Source: Eukaryota sp. GEM-RC1
Taxonomy: Eukaryota
DNA length: 64,000 bases
Assembly: GCA_040285855.1 (NCBI GenBank)
Contig: JAUFOQ010000003.1
Coordinates: forward strand, 992,001-1,056,000
Direction of reading: 5' to 3'
Shown here: piece after piece, positions 47,692 to 59,212 of the stretch
Position numbering within the stretch: the first letter of the stretch is position 1
Layout: the number at the start of each line of letters is the position of its first letter
The notes under the pieces: model-generated
What the model saw: only the letters and a program-made list of their open reading frames with translations
Database searches by the model: none
What the model was told of the DNA's origin: nothing
Position numbers and translations under genes: made by a program

Positions 47692-48423
47692 ATGTTCGCT
47701 TGGTTTTTCCTTCTGAACATCTCTCTTGGTTTTGGACATCTGTTAGTGTTTGTACCTTCTATACCTACTGTGCTATTCAGTGCTCCCGTTAATCTACTGA
47801 TCCATGCCAACAGTGCTGACAACGCTTACTGTATTGAATTTCGCTCTCGACCCTTCTTTATCATTGAAATTGAGCAACATATGGCTTGTAATGTTTCAGT
47901 CAGGTATGGTAAATCATCAGATCCGTTGGCGTTCTGTTTGAATAGTAATCTTCCTGTGTTTGCCCTTCCAATTGATTACGTCATTGATCACATCATCACC
48001 ACATCTACAGCTACTAACAACTCTTTTAATCTCCGATTGAATTCCTCCAATGATCTAATTGAAGCACCAGTTGGTCTAACTCCAGAATTGATTACACACG
48101 TGTGCAATCGTTCAGTGATTGTTGTTGATTCGTGTTCAATTATAGATCATTGGTTGTCACTTCTAATCAAAAATGATTTGTTAGTTATCTCTACCTTATC
48201 AGTTCCAACTACCACAGCTGTATCTGTTGTCTTTGATCAGGATAAGATACCAATTATTGACAATTCTATTGTCTCAGATCAGATGTTTCTGGTGGCCTCT
48301 TCATTAAAGTCACAAATCTATATCAACACTCGAAAGTCTGTTTTTACATTGACTATTTATTGTTGGCTCATTTTATCAATGCTACTTTCTGATCATTGTC
48401 GTCAAAATCGTATACGGATATAA
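47692..48423 (+). CDS. Hypothetical secreted or membrane-anchored protein
   Basis: 243-aa ORF from ATG 47692 with a signal-like MFAWFFLLNISLG and a hydrophobic C-terminal stretch. Confidence 0.5.
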   Translation: MFAWFFLLNISLGFGHLLVFVPSIPTVLFSAPVNLLIHANSADNAYCIEFRSRPFFIIEIEQHMACNVSVRYGKSSDPLAFCLNSNLPVFALPIDYVIDHIITTSTATNNSFNLRLNSSNDLIEAPVGLTPELITHVCNRSVIVVDSCSIIDHWLSLLIKNDLLVISTLSVPTTTAVSVVFDQDKIPIIDNSIVSDQMFLVASSLKSQIYINTRKSVFTLTIYCWLILSMLLSDHCRQNRIRI

Positions 48424-48822
48424 TATCTTTAACATGTTTGACATGCAATGTGTAATAAAAATTCTAATTTGCTGGTTATGATTGGTCTTTTCAAAGCGTG
48501 AAGTTCAAACTGAAAAAAGGGAACAATTATTGGATCAAAACAAAACATTTGTACCGTTCTCTAGAACTAAGAATAGAATGAAACGATTCATTCTAAATTA
48601 TCAATGTCACCGAATTGTTGATTTCCTTTTGTTATATTACTACGTTAATGATAACGGCTGGCACACGTATCTCAATATCCACCTATCAGCATAACAAGTC
48701 TGAAAACACCAGTTTTTGAACAAACGAAGTTGGGAATTATATTCCTGACAAAAAACCATGCACACAAAAACCTAGACTATAATACATCAAAATATTTCAA
48801 TTCAAGTCAATAAACACCCAAA

Positions 48823-50211
48823 TCATACTCTACCTAGAACAGTAGTCAACGTAATCTCCTCCAACTTCTTAGAAAAAGCATCCAACCCAAACTTAGAAAC
48901 AGCTCGATCCCTGCCATACTTTCCCAACCTTTTACCCAGAGACTGGTCAGATAACACACGATAAACACTACTAGCGAACTCATCAGGAGAATTCTCCACT
49001 AAGAAACCTGTAACCTGATGAACAACGCTCTCGGTGGGACCCCCAGAGTTAACAGCAATCACTGGGACTCTAGCTGCCATAGCTTCAATAGGAACAATAC
49101 CAAAGTGTTCGTTGGCAGGAGTATACACCAAACAGCCACCATCTCTAGCTTTTCTTAGTAGAGAGAGTTGTTCAGCTCTGGAAAAGGAAGGATAGAAGAA
49201 GACCTGTTTCTCTAATGATAATTCTATAGCCATTGTTTTCAATTCATTGACAACTTCAATGTTTTCACTAAGTCTGGAGTCGTAACCACCAGCCAAAACC
49301 AATGCACATTTTGAAAAGAATTCTGGTGTGCACCTATTTTTCAATGATTGGAAAGCTTCGAGTGCCAATTTAATATTCTTTTTCCGCTCAAATCGATTAA
49401 TGGAAAGAACAACGTGATCAAATTCCTCTAAATCACCTAAAGAGATCATCTCGTGACCTTGATTCTCTAGGAAAAACGAACATAACCGTACTGCGGGATA
49501 AACAACTTCTGGAAACAATTCCCTCCGTGCAAGAAATCGAAACGCAGCCTGAAACACGTTTCTTGTATACACTGAGTTTACCACAATGGTATTTGCACAC
49601 CCAGTACTCAACTCCTCAGCCAAGTTCAATGGTAGTCTGTACAGGTGGGACAGTGGGGTCAGGACGAAGCGGGAACAGAAGGAGTTGGACTTGGAGTTGA
49701 TGTTTTGGATAGATAAGCCAGTTCTTTGAGAGAGTTGTTTCCCTGCACCTGGAGAAAGAAGTTTGTCAGGGAAGTGGCAGTAGAAGAGTACCTTGTATTT
49801 GAAGAGACGTAGGAGGGGGACAACGATGGATACTTGGTCTACGAATACGATGTGGGGTTTTTGAGAGCTGTATCTGGGGAGAATGAAGTGGAAAATGAGA
49901 GAAAGAGTACAAAGAAAGGTTCTAATGTAGGCACATAGAGCAATGCATCGACCGAATATACTTCGAGGGAACCAGTTACCATGGACGTGAACTGGATGAG
50001 CTTCGGGACCTTTCAATTCATCAAAACAACGAGACGAATCGAAGAAAGTAGTCCAAAAGGCTATTCTGTGACCCCTGTCTCTAAGTCCCGAAGCAGCATC
50101 AACAACTAACCGTTCAGCACCACCCAAACCTAAATCTGGATGAACAAATGCGACGGTAAGTTTAGACTGGTGGTACTCCAGTGTAGATGGCGATGAGAAG
50201 AATCGTTTCAT
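48823..50211 (-). CDS. ALG2: Alpha-1,3/1,6-mannosyltransferase ALG2
   Basis: FVHPDLGLGGAERLVVDAA, LFYCHFPDKLL, LSINRFERKKNI, YTPANEHFGIVPIEAM. Confidence 0.97.
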   Translation of the reverse strand: MKRFFSSPSTLEYHQSKLTVAFVHPDLGLGGAERLVVDAASGLRDRGHRIAFWTTFFDSSRCFDELKGPEAHPVHVHGNWFPRSIFGRCIALCAYIRTFLCTLSLIFHFILPRYSSQKPHIVFVDQVSIVVPLLRLFKYKVLFYCHFPDKLLSPGAGKQLSQRTGLSIQNINSKSNSFCSRFVLTPLSHLYRLPLNLAEELSTGCANTIVVNSVYTRNVFQAAFRFLARRELFPEVVYPAVRLCSFFLENQGHEMISLGDLEEFDHVVLSINRFERKKNIKLALEAFQSLKNRCTPEFFSKCALVLAGGYDSRLSENIEVVNELKTMAIELSLEKQVFFYPSFSRAEQLSLLRKARDGGCLVYTPANEHFGIVPIEAMAARVPVIAVNSGGPTESVVHQVTGFLVENSPDEFASSVYRVLSDQSLGKRLGKYGRDRAVSKFGLDAFSKKLEEITLTTVLGRV

Positions 50212-50400
50212 AAAGAGTGTCGAAGATCAGATTCCTAGTTGATTTCTGCTTTTCTTCTTTTTGCTTGTTTCAATAACGGTTGTCTTCATTTATATTTAGT
50301 TTCCTTATGTGTAGTTCAACAACAAACTTTATTCGGTACCCAATAAAGTAACCTTCCTACAAAACTATGAAATTGTAAAAACAAACAAATAATACTAAGA

Positions 50401-50718
50401 TTAAATCCAAACGACTTCATCACCACTCGGTAAATGATTACGTTTATCAACATTAACCCTCACGCCAAACTTGTACAATTTCTCAATTAGTCTAGAGAAA
50501 TAGAAAGGCATGTTCCGATGAATGGAACACATACGATTTTTCTATTCAGACTTTCTAAACTTACGTTTCTTGTCTTTACACAGTTCTTCAAAATCCTCTG
50601 ACAATTGCTCAACTGCTGGACCTTTTGGAAAAATCTCTTGGAAAAATCGAATCATGTTTGCTATCTTTAAAGGTATGGTGACTTCCGAATCTATCGCTAT
50701 GTTATCTCTTGGCAGACT
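50401..50718 (-). pseudogene. Unidentified degenerate reading frame ending ...PSGDEVVWI*
   Basis: About 105 codons with one internal TAG (50542-44). Its last 20 nt recur exactly at 55572-55591. Confidence 0.3.
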
Positions 50719-51330
50719 TTATGAGGAAAAGAATGGTGAACATTTTTTTATAGGCAATCTGGACTTTGAGGATATTGATTATTAGATGTATGTACACTGT
50801 AGTGTTGTTGTCAGTAAAATATCAATATGTTAAAAAAAGCATGACCCATCAATCCAAACAGAGGACCAGCAAAAGGTTAAAACACTAATGTGCAATATGA
50901 TTTTAGATTTGGTTCTTCTTGAGTCTCAAGTTTTGAGAACCATACTTGGAGTGCTTAAGTTTTGTAACCGCAAGGTTTGAGTGGTAAAATCCATTAACGA
51001 TTGTCTCGATTTAAGTTACCAAGACGCAGTATGAAGATCCCCTGTTTTTGAACAGAAAATCCGTTGAACGGATCACGTTGAACGGAAATACTGGATCAAC
51101 TTTAGAGTGAAAACGACGTGCTATAAACATGGAATAACAAGAACCACGTACACCATCATGAATAACTGAACGTAAATGAGTGAAAAATCAGGGTTTATGG
51201 TCAGTATGAAATATTAATATTGCTTTAGCAAAAATACAACTGAAAAACTTGAAAAAGATTTGCAAGTAAAGGAGTTGAATAGTTGAATAAATTTGCCAAA
51301 AAGTTGATCTTCTTCCACCTAGACTTATAA

Positions 51331-52468
51331 ATGGGGATCCATAATCTCACCAAACTTATCGAAGAGAATGCTCCAAATTCTATCCGAGACCAAGAAGTCA
51401 AGTCTTACTTTGGCAGAAAGATAGCTATCGACGCCAGCACTTATCTTTATCAATTTCTTGTTGCCATTCGTAGTGCTAGTTATGGAACTTTAACTAATTC
51501 TATTGGTGAAGACACCTCCCACATCCAAGGTTTTCTTTCTCGAACAACCAGACTACTTGAACTTGGTATGAAACCAGTCTATGTTTTTGATGGCAAACCT
51601 CCAGAACTCAAATCTGCTGAGCTCGTCAAACGTCGCGAGGCCAGAGAAAAAAGCTCAAGCCGGAAAAGACGAAGCTAAAGAAGTTGGTACTACCGAAGAA
51701 GTTGAGAAGTTTGAACGCCGTACAGTCAGAGTTACTCGCCAACACTCTGAAGACATCAAAATCCTACTCAAACACATGGGAGTCCCATACGTCACCGCTC
51801 CAACTGAAGCTGAAGCTCAATGCGCCAGTATGACCAAACAAGGTCTTACCTGGGCTACGGGTACAGAAGATATGGACGCCCTAACCTTTGGAACCCCAAT
51901 TCTACTCCGCCATCTTACGCAAGCTGAACAGAAAGGTATTCCTGTGAGAGAATTCCGTTTGGAAGATCTGCTCTCTGATTTGGAATTCACCATGGATCAG
52001 TTTATCGATCTTTGTATTCTGCTGGGATGTGATTACACGTCGTCAATCAGAAATGTGGGGAGAGTACGTGCGCTGACCTTGATGAGGGAACATGGATCTC
52101 TTGCAGCAATCATGGAACATTTAAAATCACTTGATTCTCAACGATTTGTTGTCCCTGATGATTTCAATTGGGAAGGTGCTCGTGAGCTCTTTGTTAATCC
52201 AGATGTCCTTGATGCAGAGGAGCTCAAGCCTTTAATGAAGTGGTCTCTTCCAGATGAGGAAGGTCTGGTTGAGTATCTAGTCAATCAAAAAGGATTTCAA
52301 GAAGATCGTGTCAGAAAGATTGCTGATAGGTTACGTAAAGCTAAGAAATCAAGTAATCAAGGTCGTTTAGAGTCCTTTTTTGGTCCAGTAACAGTTGTTC
52401 GAAGAGCTAAGACTGAGGTTAAGTCACCACCTAAGAAAAAAGGAAGAAAAAAAGTAATTAATGTGTAA
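51331..52468 (+). CDS. FEN1: Flap endonuclease 1
   Basis: [10 protein letters not shown]...GRKIAIDAS...[37 protein letters not shown] box QGRLESFF. One extra A in the A6 run at 51647-52. Confidence 0.97.
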
Positions 52469-53204
52469 TATTTACATAATTTGGACAGACTTGGTTGGTT
52501 GTTCTGTCGCTAGTTTTTGGTGTTCATTGTTTTTGTGTTTTAGATTATTGGTAGTATCGGTTGCTGACTTTTCTCATTGTATTATATTTTTTTTTGAAAA
52601 GAACTGTTAATACAATGAAATTATTACAAATACAACTTGATCTTCTTTTTTTGGTGTTTGTTGATGTCTCACGACTTTCGTTACTTAATTTTACTTTTTG
52701 GAGGTGCTTAGAGAAGTATACATTGTAACATTATCAAATAATCCGTAAATCAACACAGGTTTCTGTAGTACCAGTTGGTTCGATAAACCAGCGATATCAA
52801 TATTCCACCGATAACAACAAAAATGTGTTTTCTGGTAATGCATCTTGTTCCAAAGGATTGTGAAAATATTTCAATCCGGTTATTAATCAAAATAGCAAAC
52901 AATATATAACATATGTAAATATTTGTAATCATTATAGTCACATTAAATTGCTGAAACAAAATTCAATATTGTTACTTCAATGTTTCGCCTCGGAAAAAAA
53001 ATAAAACGGAAGAGAAATATAAATATAAATGACACCAAATTAAATAAATATCGCAACAGTGTATTTTGCAAAAATTGAAAATTCATTTCAATAACTTATT
53101 AACATTAAACTGCAGTGCTATAATAGCTTATTATACAAGAAAAACCAGTGACAAAAAACAAATCTTCGACACAAGAACAGAAGAAAAACGTTCAACATTT
53201 TCCT

Positions 53205-55379
53205 TCAACTCTTCAATTTAACAATTCTCGACGCCGCGGCTGCTCGTAGATCCAAAATCGAATCAAACACTTCCTCCTGTCTTTCTCCATTGTTATTCTT
53301 CTCAGAATCCAATCTTAGAGCCTGCTTATAATCCTCATAAGCTCTATCAAAGTTTCCTAGAGAATCCTGAGCTGAACCTCTGTTGAAAAAGGCAGTTGCT
53401 GACGTAGGATCAAGTTCAATCACTCGAGTAAAATCAGAAATAGCATCATGATATTGGCCCAACTTATCGTGATTGATTGCCCTATTATGATAGGCATGAG
53501 TATTCTTAGGATCTAAACTCAACACTTTCGAATACTCCTTAATAGCTTCATTAAACTGATTACTCTTAGCCAAAGAATATCCCCTATTAAGTAAAGTTCG
53601 TACATTAGAAGGATTAATAACTAAAGACTTTGAGTAATCAGCAATGGCTTCATCGTACTTACCAAGCTTTCTATAAGCAAATCCTCTGTTATTTAGAGCG
53701 GCAGAAGACTCCGGGTTTATCTCCAAGGCTTTTGTATAGTCACGGATTGCTTCTTCGTACTTTCCCATGTTTCTAAAGCAGAAACCTCTGTTATGGAAGT
53801 AGATTGAAGAATCAGGTGCTAAGGTAATAGCCTGGGAGAAGTCGTCCACGGCATTATCGAATTTCTTTAACTTATCATGAACTAATCCACGTGAATTAAA
53901 AGAAGACGCTGATTTAGGATCCAGCCTAATGGCTGTAGAGAAATCTTCCAACGCACGTTTCAATTCACCAAGTTTTTCAAATGAAGATCCTCTATTGTGA
54001 TAAGTATTAGGATTATCAGGCTCAACATCCAGAGCTTTAGTATAGTCCTGTACAGCCAAGTCATCCCTACCAACCCTGGCAAAGGCATAAGCTCTATTAT
54101 AAAGGGCTTTGAAATGTTTTGAGTCAATGTTTAAGGCATGTGTGTAATCTTGAATGGCATCGTCGAACTTCCCTAGTTTTCTATAGGAGAATCCCCTATT
54201 GTGATAAAAATCAGCGTTATTTGGAATGAATTCAATTGCTTTAGAGAAGTTTTCAATAGCTGCATGATAATCCCCTTTTCTATCGTATGAGATCCCTCGA
54301 TTATAGAAAACATAAGCATTGGTGGGTTCCAATTCAGCAGCTTTAGAATAATCAGCAATGGCAGAATCAAATTTACCCATACGATCATAAGAAAAACCTC
54401 TGTTAAAGTAGGCTTTGAAAAACGTTGGTGAAATCTCAATAGCTTTCGTATAATCCGCCACTGCCTCTTCAAAGTTACCGTTCTTTCGATGAGAGAATCC
54501 CCTAGCATGGAAGAAGTCAGCGTCCTTAGTTCCTACCAAGGTCTCCTTTAAAGTGGGAGGTTTGGGTTTAGTGACAGTGGGAGCTCTAGTTGAACTAGGA
54601 GGACGAGGAACAGAGGACTGGAGAGAGGGTTTGGGTTTGATAGAGGATGAGGATAATGAAGGTGTTGGGACATGAATGTCAATGCACTGTTTTACAAAGG
54701 ATCGCACAAGGCTTTCTGTTTGAATGAGATCAGGCGTTGAGAGAGAACTTCGAAGACTGGGACTAGGAGGGATGCTCCTAACAGAAGTAGCAGAGGAAGG
54801 GCGTAGGAGAGGTGTAGTACAACGAGAAGGAGCAGGAGAAGCTCTGGGAGAGGGCATAATGCCTGGATGAGGAGGAGCTGGGGAGGAAGCACGTGATCGA
54901 CACGTGGATATTGATCTGCCACCACGACGAAAAGGAGAACGAGGGCGTTCGTTTTCAACAACAAGAGCGTGTTTATAGTCTTCAATAGCAAGAGCAAAGT
55001 TTCCTTTGCGATTTTGGACAGCAGCACGAGCATAAGCAGCTGCTGCATAAACTCTGTCTTTTTGAAGGACACGGGAAAAGTCCGTAATGGCTTTATCAAG
55101 ATCGCCAAGTTTTTCAAACGCAACTCCACGTCCATAAAGAGCATCTACATTATCTTTTTCAGTTTTTAGAACAAAGTCGAAATCAAGAAGAGCATTACGA
55201 TAGTCATTTTGAGCTAGAAAGGAATTGCCTCGCATAAGACGGGCCTCGATGTCAGAAGGATTGTGTTGAAGCTTAAATGAGAGCATAACTTATCATACAG
55301 TTTCAGACCAACGTTGAACATCATCTGAAGCTTTTTTATGTGCAAGAGTGTGTGTAAGAGGTGCTCCTCGTGTGTCCAT
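53205..55379 (-). CDS. Multi-TPR protein with a central Ser/Pro-rich linker (intron 55272-55298)
   Basis: About 15 TPRs (e.g. AYFNRGFSYDRMGKFDSAIADYSKAAELEP). A 27-nt intron removes two stops and links the ORF to the ATG at 55379. Confidence 0.9.
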
Positions 55380-55717
55380 GAAAGATTCAAAAGTAGAATT
55401 GGAAAATCTCAAACAAGCAATCATTGTTATTGTTGACCAGGTCGCGACTTTGACCAATCAGAATACGTATTAAAATGAGCAACCACTCGTTTTTTTGCTT
55501 ATGGTTGACCATTAAACAGTTAAATTGTTGAAACAATAGTAATCAAAAAATAAAACCAGAAATCTTAACACTAAATCCAAACGACTTCATCGGATGAAGT
55601 TCATAACCATCCATTAAAAGAGAATGACAATTAAGGTGCGTTCAATTTCATGGTGTTCATCTGCTTCGACATACATAAATTTACTTTTCAGTTTCAGCTT
55701 TCACTTAAGTCGCATGA

Positions 55718-58700
55718 ATGCAATCAACACCATCCTCCTCGTCAGTGTCACCTGAGGATATACCAGAGGAAGACTTCTTGTTCTTCACTCCTTTAGCTCG
55801 AAAACCTCTCCCTGTTCCAGTCACTGGAATTACACCTTTGTGAAACGACGGCCGTCTGTACACAGTGATTCTTCATTTGTCTTCGCTGATGGTCTTCTAC
55901 AGTCAGCCACTCTTCCATATCCTCATACTTTTTTCCCAGAACCTCCAGAACCTGATACAGATATCGAAAACCCCATTCCATCCTCCCTATCTTCTTCTGT
56001 ATGTCCTCCAGATCTTCGTCTTTTCTCTCTATCTCATTTCCACTCAAACTCTTCCCCTACCCCGTCTGTTCTTCGAAATCCATCGTCTATCCTCACTAAT
56101 TCTCTCTCCAAGTGCTCAGGAGAACTACGCATCATCTTCGGTCAAGTCTTCTTCGCCACTCACCCTCTTGCTTCTGAAGAGCACACCGTATCCTACAATC
56201 TCTTCAAAGCCCATCGCCATTTCACCTCGATCCTTCCTCTCTTCGACGCTGAGTCAATTACTGAAATTCAAGCTAAGAATCCTGAAGTAGTGGACTCTTT
56301 ATTTACCGAGGTGGTAGAAGTTCTTTCGGATATACATAAGTTAGGGAAGCAACTTGCTGCATGTAGAACTAAAGCTGGGGTGACATTGACCTCTACTACT
56401 GTTGAACAGGGCAAGAAACTGTTGGACTATCCTATATTTAAAAATTTGTATGATAAGTTAAGTGCGGATTCTAATGAGAAGAGAATTTTAAATTTGGTGT
56501 TTGAACATGGAACACGTTTTCCGGTGGTTGGGACAAAGGAAACCGTGTTATCTGATAAAACTCATTTGAATTCTAATGAAGTCAAAAGAAGGTCAAAATT
56601 ATCCAAGACTTCTGTTGAAATCACGTTGTACTCTCGAGGACGATCAGTTTTCAATATTTCCAAAGCAATCAATCCATTTTCTTTAACTGTAGACATATCC
56701 GAATTAATGGCAATCAAATTTGATCGACCCCCATTCGACAAATCACTAACGCTACAAGTTAATTTCGACTCTACAGTGTATTTTTGTCCTTTACCAACGA
56801 CTCTGAAACCATCAGTGCTTTCCCTTTCCAGTGAATCTGGATTTGCTGCTGACGTGTCACTTGCTGTCGCCTGGATTCCAGAGAATCTTATTGACTCCAT
56901 TGACTCGTTTATTCCTCAAGTGTCTTCTACTTTATTAGGAACACTTCCACGATCACAATCACACTTCCACGTCACGTCATCAATGGAGCTCACCAGTCAA
57001 AAACCTGACAAACCAAACACTCAAATCCAAACTTCCATTGCTCTCCAAAAACGAATGGAACATATGAAGAAACGTAAGGAAATTGCCGAGGAATACTATA
57101 CTGACCCCGATGAGTCGTTCCTTTCCAGATTTAGAAGGTCTCTGTTTGCGATTCAAGCCTCTCAAAGTACACGTGTTAGTTATCGTGATGTTGTGTTGGG
57201 TCCGACACTTAAATTTGTAATGAAGGAATTTAATATTTCTAAATTATTTGGAAGTCGACGACCTCTCAAACCCAGCGCCTCCAACTACAAGGCAAGTAAT
57301 CACTTTAATCAATCATTCCGATTGGTGATTCAAGCAGTTAGGGCCTGTAACGTGCCTGTCCGCAATCAAGTTCAATCAAACATCTCATCTTTACTGGTCC
57401 CTGTTGATAATGAAGTCGTTGCTCCCGTATTTGAGGCAAGTTTCCAATCACAAACAGCTTGTACTCCTCCTGGTTCTGGATCTAAACCAATGTGGGGGCA
57501 TGCTCTTGTTTTACCAGTTGCAACTCCTCAAAGTGGCTGGAGTCCTGTTCAATTGACTTCTCTTGATGATGACGTCATCATTAGTGTATTTGATTACATT
57601 GTTTTTCCCAATCAAACAGATAATAGAGAGAAGAATGAAGTGAATTTGAGGACGGAGAAGCGGTTTTTAGGACGAGTCGTTATTCCATTTCAGTCAATTA
57701 TTTCAAATTTTAATGGCATTTCAGGTCGTCTTGAAGGTACTTTTCTAGTCAGTATGCCAGACTACCTTTTTGGATACTCTCTCCTCCCTGATGAAGAATT
57801 CGCCTCTGGCTTTCCCCAGCAACGTTCTTTCAACAACACTGCCACTCCAATGCTTCTTCGTAATTCAATGACTCAAAGCACCGAACACTCTAGAAAGAAG
57901 TTTAACTTTACCACGCCTCTGCCTAATACATCATCACCTGGAGATTTGGACTTTACTGTAAGTCTAGTTATTACGATTGACCCCGGATTGCCCAAGCTGA
58001 ATGATGAAATTGATCTAGCTGATCCCTACTCATTCAAGTCACGTGCGGAGTCAAAATCAATCATTAATAGAGTTTGTGACTGGCAATCAAAGCTACATTC
58101 CAAGTTTCCCTCTCGATCCTACACAGCTCTTGTCCCTACCATCTCTGGCAACTCACTCCTTGCCTGCAGATACCTTCGATCCAATGGCATCTCCCCACCT
58201 TCCTCTTTCACCATGGAACTCCTTCCTCATTGGGTATCACTGATCCCTTTTATCGATGATAGCGTGGGTTTCATTGGAAGGACGTCGGTTTGGATGTCAG
58301 TAGAAGAGCTCTTTCAAGTAAAAGGTGGTGACGAAGATGAACATGCACTGGTGTTTGCTAATCTGCTGAAGTTCTTACGACCAAATGATGACGTTTACAT
58401 TTGTCTTGGTACCGAACAGCTCTCTGTTGATACTGCATTTGTCCTACAGGTACCTGGTAATATCAATTCACCTACTATCAGTGATGCTGTCTTTTGGGAT
58501 CCGTGCAAAGGTAAAGCTTACAGAGCGGGGGATCCGAATCTACCTCTAAACAATGTATTTACAGTTGTTTCGTTTGATAATATCTATGGTAATATGGCTT
58601 CTAACGCAGCTCCTTCATCTCTGTCACTTGATTTCGCTTCTTCCAATTGGTCGCCCTTATTTCCTTCACCAAGGAAACTTCGTTCCATTCAAGTACCACG

Positions 58701-59142
58701 ATTAGACCTTCCTCCAGAGTCATCCTCTTCAGCTTTGTCAATGGAGGCTCGACTCAAGGAGAAAGTACGGAAACTATTGGGGAAATTACGGGAACATCGA
58801 CCAACAATGATTAATCTGTCTGTTCAGCATTTACTTCGTCAAGTGTTGGTCAAATTGGAGAGTAGCAGAGTTGGCGAAGATACTTTTGATCCTGCTGATG
58901 TGGATAATATTTTTAAAAGTGTTTTAAAAAATTGGAGTGTGACAGGTTCTACTTTTCAAATGTCGTATTCCGATGATTTGACAGTCGAAAAAATTGTCAA
59001 AACTAGTAATATTTGGATGTGTAATTCCCCTGGTGTAGAGTTTTCTTTTTCTGTTTATGTTAGATCATATCCCGGAGGATTGTTCTCTGTTTGGGTTTTT
59101 TTGGTTGCTCTAGAAGATAGTAGAGCGGTTTTTGAACGTTAA
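55718..59142 (+). CDS. CC2D2A: CC2D2A/MKS6-like ciliary transition-zone C2-domain protein
   Basis: C2 domain LVIQAVRACNVPVR...EKRFLGRVVIPF, WVSLIPFIDD, GDEDEHAL, C-terminal SVYVRSYPGGLFSVWVFL. The upstream ATG 55718 joins by adding one T at 55837-39. Confidence 0.88.
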
Positions 59143-59212
59143 ATTATTAAAATTTGTATAATAATGAATTTGTTTTAAAACATCTACAATGCAATTCTGG
59201 TTAAGAAAATCC

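Noticed and set aside
55441..55461. CCAAT box and GTCGCGAC palindrome between the TPR gene and CC2D2A
   Set aside because: Single short motifs that cannot be distinguished from chance.
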